From: Archangium sp. | Lineage (GTDB): Bacteria > Myxococcota > Myxococcia > Myxococcales > Myxococcaceae | Direction of reading: 5' to 3' | DNA: 33,565 nucleotides | NCBI GenBank assembly: GCA_031367385.1 | Contig: JANLPS010000496.1 | Span: forward strand, 1-33,565 | In this document: positions 27,225-33,565 of the stretch, piece after piece | Position numbering within the stretch: the first letter of the stretch is position 1 | Layout: each line of letters begins with the position of its first letter | The notes under the pieces: generated by a model | Seen by the model: the letters and a program-made list of their open reading frames with translations, nothing else | What the model was told of the DNA's origin: nothing | Databases searched by the model: none | Program-made: the position numbers and the translations under genes

Positions 27225-28055
27225 ATGAACTACCAGGCCGTCATCGACCAGATGCGTGAACAGCTCGGCTTGCAAGCCGACTTTACGCAGCTGTTGTTGG
27301 CGTACGCCCTGCTGATGGGGCGAATCTTGCCGGTGATTCTGCTGACGCCGTTCTTGGGCGGTGAAGCGGTGCCCAGCGAAGTCAAGCTGGGGCTCGGCGT
27401 GATGATCGGCATGGTGCTCTACCCGGCGATCATCTCGGTGTCGGCGAACATCCCGATCTCTCCGGTGCTGTTGATTGCCTTGATGCTCAAGGAGCTCTTC
27501 ATCGGTCTGTCGATGGCGTTCGTGGTGAACATCGTGTTCGAAGCGGCGAACGTCGGCGGCAGCTTGATCGATACGATGTCGGGCATCACCCAGGCACAGC
27601 TGATGGTGCCCCAGCTCCAGCAGAACGTTTCGCTCTTCGCCAACTTGAAGATTCAATTGGTGACGGTGATCTTCGTCACGCTCAGCGGGCACCACGTGGT
27701 GATCGGCGCCTTCGGTGAGAGCCTGGAGATGGTGGCGCTCGACCAGTACCCGCGTTTCTCACACGGGTTCTGGCCCTTCTTCGAGCTCATCTTGCGCGTC
27801 TTCGGAGACCTGACCCGCATCGCCCTCGCGCTCGCTTCTCCGGTCTTGCTCGCGACCTTCTTGACCGACCTCGCCCTGGGCATGATCAACCGCGTCGCTC
27901 CTCAGGTGCAGGTGTTTTTCGTGGCGATGCAGATCAAACCCGCGGTCACTGGCATCGTGATGATCTCGGCGCTCCACCTGATTCTGGCGCGGGTGCTGAT
28001 CGAATACGGCGTGATGTTCAAGTGGTTGCACCAGTTGCTCGCGCTGCTTCGGTAA
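27225..28055 (+). CDS. sctT: T3SS export apparatus protein SctT (FliR family)
   Basis: 'KELFIGL', 'G.LIDTMSG', 'LALGMINRVAPQVQVF...IK'; highly hydrophobic. Confidence 0.95.
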   Translation: MNYQAVIDQMREQLGLQADFTQLLLAYALLMGRILPVILLTPFLGGEAVPSEVKLGLGVMIGMVLYPAIISVSANIPISPVLLIALMLKELFIGLSMAFVVNIVFEAANVGGSLIDTMSGITQAQLMVPQLQQNVSLFANLKIQLVTVIFVTLSGHHVVIGAFGESLEMVALDQYPRFSHGFWPFFELILRVFGDLTRIALALASPVLLATFLTDLALGMINRVAPQVQVFFVAMQIKPAVTGIVMISALHLILARVLIEYGVMFKWLHQLLALLR

Positions 28056-28068
28056 AGGAGGGCTTTTC

Positions 28069-29136
28069 GTGTCAGACGACAAAACAGAAGAGCCCTCACA
28101 AAAGAAGATCGACGATGCCCGGCGCGAAGGCAACGTGTGGAAGAGCCGAGACCTCTCGGGCGCGATCTCGTTCGCGGTGGCAATGGGCGTCGTGAAAGGC
28201 ACGTGGTCGAGCTTCGAGACCCACATCAAGACGCTGTTCTACTTCGCGATCGAGCACATCTCGCACCCGGCGAACCTGGCGACCGCGGTGCAGCAGATGA
28301 TCATGCTCGCGACCATCAGCCTGATCACCATCTGCCTGCCGATCGCGCTGGCCTCGGGCATCACCGGCGCGCTGGTCGATTTTCTTCAGGTCGGCGCGCT
28401 GTTCACCGCCAAAGCGGTGATGCCGAAGCTCGACAAGCTCAACTTCATCAACGGCCTGAAGAACCTGGTGGGCAAGAAGCAGATCGTCGAGCTGGTCAAG
28501 TCGATCTTCAAGCTGAGCGTCACCGCCAACGTGGTCTACGGCGTGGTGCGCGACGCGATGGGCATGGTGGTGGCGACCACCCGCGGCGACTCGGCGATGA
28601 CGATGTTGGTGATGGGTGAGCTGGTCTACCGAATCGTCATTCGGGTCACGCTGCTCTTCTTGCTCTTCGCGGTCTTCGACGTCTGGTGGCAGCGCCGCTC
28701 GTACATGAAGGATCAGATGATGTCGAAGAGCGACGTCAAGAAGGAGTACAAAGAGTCGGAAGGCGACCCGCATCACAAGGCCAAGCGCAAAGAGCTGCAC
28801 CACGAGATTCTCGAGGGCGCTCAGATGCAGGCGGTGAAGAAGGCCGACGTGGTGGTGACCAACCCCGATCACGTCGCCGTGGCCCTGCAGTACGACAAAG
28901 CGAATGATGGCGCCCCTCGGGTGATCGCCAAGGGCATGAACCTGCGGGCTGAGGCGCTCAAGGCGCTCGCCAAAGAGGCCGACGTGCCGATGATGCGCAA
29001 CGTGCCGCTGGCCCACGCCCTCCTGCGAATCGAGGTCGGCCAGGAGGTGCCCGAGGAGCTCTATGACGCGGTCGCCGAAGTGCTCAATTTCGTTTACCAA
29101 TTGAAGAACGCGCAGACCTCCGCCGCTCGCGTCTGA
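28069..29136 (+). CDS. sctU: T3SS export switch protein SctU (FlhB family)
   Basis: 'KTEEPSQKK..ARREG.V.KS', 'VKKEYKESEGDP', cleavage motif NPDH at 28861-28872; AAAGGAGG RBS. Confidence 0.97.
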   Translation: MSDDKTEEPSQKKIDDARREGNVWKSRDLSGAISFAVAMGVVKGTWSSFETHIKTLFYFAIEHISHPANLATAVQQMIMLATISLITICLPIALASGITGALVDFLQVGALFTAKAVMPKLDKLNFINGLKNLVGKKQIVELVKSIFKLSVTANVVYGVVRDAMGMVVATTRGDSAMTMLVMGELVYRIVIRVTLLFLLFAVFDVWWQRRSYMKDQMMSKSDVKKEYKESEGDPHHKAKRKELHHEILEGAQMQAVKKADVVVTNPDHVAVALQYDKANDGAPRVIAKGMNLRAEALKALAKEADVPMMRNVPLAHALLRIEVGQEVPEELYDAVAEVLNFVYQLKNAQTSAARV

Positions 29137-29223
29137 TCACTCTCGATTTCTCACCAAACGAGAGTTCAGAAAGATGAGCGCCTGGAGTGGTTGAGCGGCA
29201 AAAATCTTTGCTACGTTTTCCCG

Positions 29224-30270
29224 ATGGCTCTCACGACCAAGCCCGCCGACGCTGCTGCACGACCCGCGACCACCGCCACGCCCACTGCGCCTCCCGCATC
29301 GATTGTCGATGATGCGGCGGCCGCTGCCGCGGTGGTGGTGGCCCCGACGGTGCCCGCCGCTGCCCCCGCGTGGACTGCGCCTGCGACTCCCGCTGCGGCC
29401 GACGCCGTGGCCTCGATGACGGCGAGCCTCTCGGCGGCAGCGAAGCGTGCTTGGGGGCCGGCGTCAGTCGCGGCCTCGGCGGTCAATTTGAACCGCGATG
29501 AATTCGCGAAGGCCTCAGTGCCGATGCAGAAGGCGAGGCTGGGCGAGCTCAAGGTCGAGAAGGCCGCGCTCGGCACCAAGATTCAAGATCGGGCCGCAGC
29601 GCTCGATGCGCGGTGGCAACGAAGCTCTGTGTCGACCAAGACCGAGGCGCTGCGCCAATACCACGAGCGCTCGAAGCTGCTCGACCCGGTCGCGCGCAAA
29701 GAGCTCAGCGGGCTGGTCAAAAAATCAGACGAAGCGCAGGGCAAGATCGACAAGCTGCGCGAGAATTCAGACCTGTTGTGCAAGCCGCAGAGCCAGAGCT
29801 GCACGCCCGAAGAGACCAAGGCCGCCAACGAGCTGGCCGGCAAATTGGCCGATGCGCGTGACGCCCAAGCCGTGGTGGTCGAGCGCGCCACGGTGGCCAT
29901 TGACCAGAAGGGCCTGAAGATCGATCGCTTGGCGGTCACCGAAGACGTGATTGACCCCGGCGGTGAGGCGCGGGGAGGCATCGGTCAGAGCCTGCTCGAG
30001 CTGGTCGAGGAGTACACCGACGTCTCTTCGATGATCGACTGGATCGTCACCAAGTTCGCCGACAACATGAAGGAGCAGCGCGAAGAGTTCGACAAGGGCC
30101 GCGAGCTCGATCGCAAGAGCGACGACGAAGAACGCGCCCGCTACAAAGCCGATGACAAGCGCAGCGCACTGAGGGCCGGCGAGCGCCGCAAAGAGGTCGT
30201 CAAAGAGCTGAGCAAAGCAATGGAGCGCGCCGCCGAAATCAAGCTCGAGCAGTGGGGCACCAGGGCCTGA
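29224..30270 (+). CDS. hypothetical coiled-coil protein with Ala/Pro/Thr-rich N-terminus (candidate T3SS substrate)
   Basis: Long ORF with GC-rich third positions; ATG 29224 preferred over TTG 29191; no Sec signal or known domain recognised. Confidence 0.7.
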   Translation: MALTTKPADAAARPATTATPTAPPASIVDDAAAAAAVVVAPTVPAAAPAWTAPATPAAADAVASMTASLSAAAKRAWGPASVAASAVNLNRDEFAKASVPMQKARLGELKVEKAALGTKIQDRAAALDARWQRSSVSTKTEALRQYHERSKLLDPVARKELSGLVKKSDEAQGKIDKLRENSDLLCKPQSQSCTPEETKAANELAGKLADARDAQAVVVERATVAIDQKGLKIDRLAVTEDVIDPGGEARGGIGQSLLELVEEYTDVSSMIDWIVTKFADNMKEQREEFDKGRELDRKSDDEERARYKADDKRSALRAGERRKEVVKELSKAMERAAEIKLEQWGTRA

Positions 30271-30302
30271 CCCGAAGGCTGTGCTACGGTTGGTAGCGAA
30301 AC

Positions 30303-30575
30303 GTGCCTGAAGACCCAGACATCGCGGTCGCGCTCCAATACGACAAAGACAAAGACAACGCCCCGCGGGTGATCGCCAAGGGCATGCGTCTGAAAGCCGA
30401 GAAAATTCGCGAGATTGCGAAAGAGGCCGGCGTGCCGGTGATGCGCAACGTCACCTTGGCGGGAGCGCTCTACCGGGTCGACATCGGTCAAGAGGTGCCC
30501 GAAGAGCTGTATGACGCGGTCGCTGAAGTGCTCAACTTCGTGTTCGCGCTGCAGCAACAGACTGAAAAAAAGTAG
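30303..30575 (+). CDS. stand-alone SctU/FlhB C-terminal (CC) domain protein, FlhX-like
   Basis: 55/73 aa identical (hand count) to the post-cleavage fragment of the upstream SctU. Confidence 0.92.
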   Translation: MPEDPDIAVALQYDKDKDNAPRVIAKGMRLKAEKIREIAKEAGVPVMRNVTLAGALYRVDIGQEVPEELYDAVAEVLNFVFALQQQTEKK

Positions 30576-30584
30576 ACTTCGCAC

Positions 30585-31064
30585 ATGGCAAAAATTGGAG
30601 ACTCCCCGCCTCGAGCACCCCTGTGGCCCTGGGGCGGGCCGCGCAGCGTTCGCGAGAAGCTCGTCGACCGCACGCAGCTTGGCACCGGCAAGGCTCGCAA
30701 GAAGGGCGACCCCAAGAACCCGTCGCTGGCGTCGGCGGCCTTGCTCGACTCGATCGGCCCCGCGCATTCGGCAGAAGAGCTGCGACTGCCGATGCCTCCC
30801 ACGCCGCTGGGTCACGACGCCGATGTCGAGGGCTATTCTGATCGACCGTACCTATCGACCGTCGCCGAGCGAATGGAGGAGTACCGGCAAGCCGCGATCG
30901 ATCGAGGGCTGAGCGACATTCGGGCCCCCAGTGAGCGGGTCGATCGGCTGAGGTCGTTGCTGCAGCGTGAGGCGTCGATGCTCGAGTTGGTGGGTCACGT
31001 GAGCCGCGAGATGGCCGAGGTCGAGCGCCGCCGCCGCGAAGAACAGGCCGGAGAGGCCTTCTAG
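30585..31064 (+). CDS. hypothetical protein (possible SctX-like early substrate)
   Basis: Disordered Pro-rich N-terminus and helical C-terminus, 2 nt before a TPR chaperone gene; function inferred only. Confidence 0.7.
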   Translation: MAKIGDSPPRAPLWPWGGPRSVREKLVDRTQLGTGKARKKGDPKNPSLASAALLDSIGPAHSAEELRLPMPPTPLGHDADVEGYSDRPYLSTVAERMEEYRQAAIDRGLSDIRAPSERVDRLRSLLQREASMLELVGHVSREMAEVERRRREEQAGEAF

Positions 31065-31066
31065 CG

Positions 31067-31525
31067 ATGGCCGACGCCGACCCGGGCTTGACCGCCCGTC
31101 TCCAGAAATGGGCTGACGGCAAGGCGACCTTGAAAGAGGTGCGCGGCTACAGCGATGAGGAGCTCTTTTCGATCGCCCGCACGGGGTACTTCTTCTACTA
31201 CCAGGGCAAGCTGGCCGAAGCGCGCACTGTGTTTCAGGGCCTTTACGCCATTGACCCGCTCGAGCCGTACTTCGCCAAGGCGCTCGGCGTCGTCGAAATG
31301 GCGTCGGGCAATACCGCGGGTGCGCTGGCCGCGTATGACGTCGCGCTGCGTATTTCGCCTGATGATTCAAGTGCTTATGTGGGTCGGGCCGAGGTGAAAT
31401 TGGCTCAGGGGCAGCGTTCGGCGGCGATCGAAGACCTGCGTCAGGCCGAGAAAGCCGTGAGCGACGCCGACGAAGCCTTAAAATCTAAGATTCTCGCGAT
31501 GTTAGAGAGTCTTTCTAGAAAGTGA
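31067..31525 (+). CDS. SycD/LcrH-family TPR chaperone
   Basis: 'G.ATLKEVRGYSDEELFSI...GY.FY.QGK..EA..VFQGL..IDP...Y...LG' class II chaperone pattern. Confidence 0.88.
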   Translation: MADADPGLTARLQKWADGKATLKEVRGYSDEELFSIARTGYFFYYQGKLAEARTVFQGLYAIDPLEPYFAKALGVVEMASGNTAGALAAYDVALRISPDDSSAYVGRAEVKLAQGQRSAAIEDLRQAEKAVSDADEALKSKILAMLESLSRK

Positions 31526-31533
31526 GAAAACCG

Positions 31534-31562
31534 ACGCAACTGCCGCGACGGGTGCGCGATAA
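31534..31562 (+). promoter_or_regulatory. putative sigma-28-like promoter ACGCAAC-N16-CGATAA
   Basis: Exact box and spacing match to 14578-14606; intergenic; 56 nt before the ATG at 31619. Confidence 0.7.
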
Positions 31563-31618
31563 TCATTTCATACGGTGCCTGGGTGCTTCTTCCGGGCCTC
31601 ACTTTGGAGAACATACTT

Positions 31619-32509
31619 ATGGGGAATGACTATTCACTCAGCGGATTAGGAGTCAAATTCGGTGACGGTGGCGGTGGCTGGGATGGAGTGCAGGACGACG
31701 TGACCGGCGTCGATGATGCGATTGCGCAGCTGCAGGAGACCGCGAACGCCGAGAGCTATGCCTCGTCGGACGCCCATTTTTACCGCAACGTCGACGATTT
31801 CCCGACGTCAAGTGACGCTGGCGGCGCCAGCCTCGGCGACATCTTTTCGAATGTCGGCAACAGCATCGGCGACACGCTTGCCGGTATTGGCGACGGCCTG
31901 GGTGGCATCATCAGCGGCGGCCTCGACGGCGTCAAAAGCGTGCTTGGGTCGCTCGGCATCAACACCAACAACATGGGCAGCGGAGCGATCAACAACCTTG
32001 CGCGCAGCTTGATCGGCAATACTGGGTTGAGCAGCGCGCAGCTGCAGAATCTGCTCAAGTCGACGAACTTTCGAAACGCGTCGCCGTCGCAGCAGGCTGA
32101 TGCGCTTCGTTACTTGCAGCAGCAGCACGCGCTGCTCAGCCGCACGGGCGCGTCGAGCGGCCTGGCGAGCGATGGCATCAACTACAACAGCATCTTCAAC
32201 AGCAGCGGCAGCGCGGCCACTGGCGACGGGTTCGGCGGTGACCCCTCGGTCGGTGCCTTCGGTGGTTCGAATGCGAATGCCTCGAGCGAGCAGGCCCTCA
32301 AAGACTTCATGATTCAGAAGGGCTACCCCCAAGACGAAATGAACGCAGTGTTCTCGTCGAAAGACCCGACGGTTCGCATGACCATTCGCGGCCAGATGAT
32401 CGCCATGAACGAAGCGAACCAGCGCACCTTGTTGACCATGATGCAAGAGACTCGCAAGAACTACGACTCGATGGCCCTCGACGCAGCCCGCAACATCAAA
32501 GTTGGCTAG
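31619..32509 (+). CDS. Gly/Ser-rich, Cys-free candidate T3SS substrate (filament/translocator/harpin-like)
   Basis: GGAGA RBS before ATG 31619; 11-mer amphipathic repeats; C-terminal helix ending ...RNIKVG; flanked by two SycD/LcrH chaperones. Confidence 0.7.
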   Translation: MGNDYSLSGLGVKFGDGGGGWDGVQDDVTGVDDAIAQLQETANAESYASSDAHFYRNVDDFPTSSDAGGASLGDIFSNVGNSIGDTLAGIGDGLGGIISGGLDGVKSVLGSLGINTNNMGSGAINNLARSLIGNTGLSSAQLQNLLKSTNFRNASPSQQADALRYLQQQHALLSRTGASSGLASDGINYNSIFNSSGSAATGDGFGGDPSVGAFGGSNANASSEQALKDFMIQKGYPQDEMNAVFSSKDPTVRMTIRGQMIAMNEANQRTLLTMMQETRKNYDSMALDAARNIKVG

Positions 32510-32549
32510 TGCTTTTGCCCCTGGCGACTATGCTCTGTCGTTGAAATTC

Positions 32550-32583
32550 AGAAGGTGGGTCCTCTTCTTGGGACCCACCTTCT
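32550..32583 (+). terminator. rho-independent terminator-like hairpin
   Basis: AGAAGGTGGGTCC / GGACCCACCTTCT 13-bp perfect stem, 8-nt loop, T-rich 3' side. Confidence 0.75.
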
Positions 32584-32598
32584 TTCATGGAGACATCA

Positions 32599-33270
32599 AT
32601 GTCGTCGAACAAGGCGCAGCAAGAAGAGAGCGAAGAAGAGTTCAAGGCCAGATACAGCCCAGATCGCATTCGCAAATTTCTTGTGGGCGAAATGTCGGGC
32701 CGAGAGTTCAACGAGCTCACCGGCCCTCAGATGCTGAAGCTCGCGGTGATGGGGTTCACTCAGTACGAGCAGGGCCGCTACCCAGAAGCGCAAGCCATCT
32801 TCGAGAGCCTGGTCTTTCTCGACCCCAAAGAGGCCTACTACCAGATCGCCCTTGGCGCGGTGTTCTTGGCGCAAGAAGACCTCGAGCTGGCTGAGAAAGC
32901 CTTGAGCGTTGCGATCGCGCTGAATACCACCGAGGTCGCGGCGTTCGTGAACCGCGGCGAGGTGTATCTGCGAACGGGCCGCATCGTCTTGGCGGCCAAA
33001 GACTTCAAGCGAGCCGTCGAGCTCGACCCTCAAGGCAAAGAACCGCTGACCCAGCGAGCGCGCATGTTGGCCGGAGCGGCCCTGCAGATGCTGAAGAAAG
33101 CCAAGGCCAAGAAGATGGCAGCAGCGGCCGCGAGCCCGGGTGCTGAGGCGAAGCCCGCTCAGGCCAAGCCCGGCGCGAAGCCTGCGGCGAAGCCAGCAGC
33201 GCCAGCAGCAAAGGGCGGGGCGGCCAAGCCCGCGCCCACGGCCCAGGCCTCGGCTGCAAAGAAGAAGTGA
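32599..33270 (+). CDS. SycD/LcrH-family TPR chaperone with Ala/Lys/Pro-rich tail
   Basis: 'GFTQYEQGRYPEAQAIFESLVFLDP..AYY..ALG', 'AFVNRGEVYL..G...A..DF.RA..LDP'; GGAGA RBS favours ATG 32599 over 32587. Confidence 0.88.
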   Translation: MSSNKAQQEESEEEFKARYSPDRIRKFLVGEMSGREFNELTGPQMLKLAVMGFTQYEQGRYPEAQAIFESLVFLDPKEAYYQIALGAVFLAQEDLELAEKALSVAIALNTTEVAAFVNRGEVYLRTGRIVLAAKDFKRAVELDPQGKEPLTQRARMLAGAALQMLKKAKAKKMAAAAASPGAEAKPAQAKPGAKPAAKPAAPAAKGGAAKPAPTAQASAAKKK

Positions 33271-33565
33271 GCTCAGCGTTGAGCCGACGCAAGCCTGCGC
33301 CCGCGCAGATCATCGTGTTTCACAAGAAGGCGAAGAGGGCCTTCAGCACGGTCGTGCCCGAAGCGCCGACGGTGATCATGGAGGAGATCGTCACCGTCAC
33401 CGAAGCCTCGCCGGAGAGCAGGCCAAAGCGCCGCAAGAGCCATTCGTCGGTGCCCAAAGTGCGGGTCACTCCGGTGGTGCCAACCGCCGAGGAGCAGGGC
33501 GATGCGACCAGCGAGCTGATGTCGCTGGGCCACGCGCTGTTCGAGAAGGGGAAGGTGCGCGAGGC
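33267..33565 (+). CDS. TPR protein, 3' truncated by window edge
   Basis: Frame open from GTG 33267 (GTGA overlap; alternative ATG 33378) to the end; 'LMSLGHALFEKGKVRE' looks like the start of a TPR helix. Confidence 0.6.
   Translation, partial: MSSALSRRKPAPAQIIVFHKKAKRAFSTVVPEAPTVIMEEIVTVTEASPESRPKRRKSHSSVPKVRVTPVVPTAEEQGDATSELMSLGHALFEKGKVRE

Noticed and set aside
16439..30575. Interpreting the cluster as a flagellar operon (FliA, FliG, FliO, FliK, FlhB-like hits)
   Set aside because: The ring protein is a short SctJ lipoprotein rather than FliF, an SctI-like rod and LcrH chaperones are present, and there are no flagellar rod, hook, flagellin or mot genes in the window
14269..33565. Claiming true absence of sctC, sctD and sctV
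   Set aside because: The cluster continues past the right edge, so absence cannot be shown from this window

Overview
High-GC bacterial DNA, most consistent with a myxobacterium (Myxococcota); this is inferred from gene content, not measured. There are three blocks. (1) 1-7547 (+): DUF748-like protein (partial), peptidoglycan-binding lipoprotein, Fpg/Nei glycosylase, then PEGA protein, TPR protein, Ser/Thr kinase and LpxL-type acyltransferase. (2) 7544-14196 (-): LolD/MacB-type ABC ATPase, two FtsX/LolE-type permeases, a LolA-like sorting protein and an outer-membrane protein. (3) 14269-end (+): a non-flagellar type III secretion cluster of the deep-branching myxobacterial type (sctI, J, L, N, O, P, Q, R, S, T, U). 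It keeps flagellar-type parts (FliA sigma, FliG-like, FliM/N-like SctQ, FliO, stand-alone FlhB-CC) and has several TPR chaperones and Gly-rich candidate substrates. No sctC, sctD or sctV lies in the window, but the cluster runs off the right edge. Main observations: (a) a candidate needle/filament subunit with an SctF-like C-terminus in Yersinia-like E-F-G-x-I-J order, although this T3SS class is described as needleless; (b) a shared A-x-G-x-AAC-N16-CGATAA promoter motif before the two Gly-rich genes and sctI; (c) a repeated promoter-substrate-hairpin-TPR chaperone cassette; (d) a 69-nt copy of an sctI segment inside fliO; (e) an internal translation start in sctQ; (f) a degenerate tandem duplication in the 465-bp spacer before sctL. 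Reference sequences used for comparison are recalled from memory and need database confirmation.
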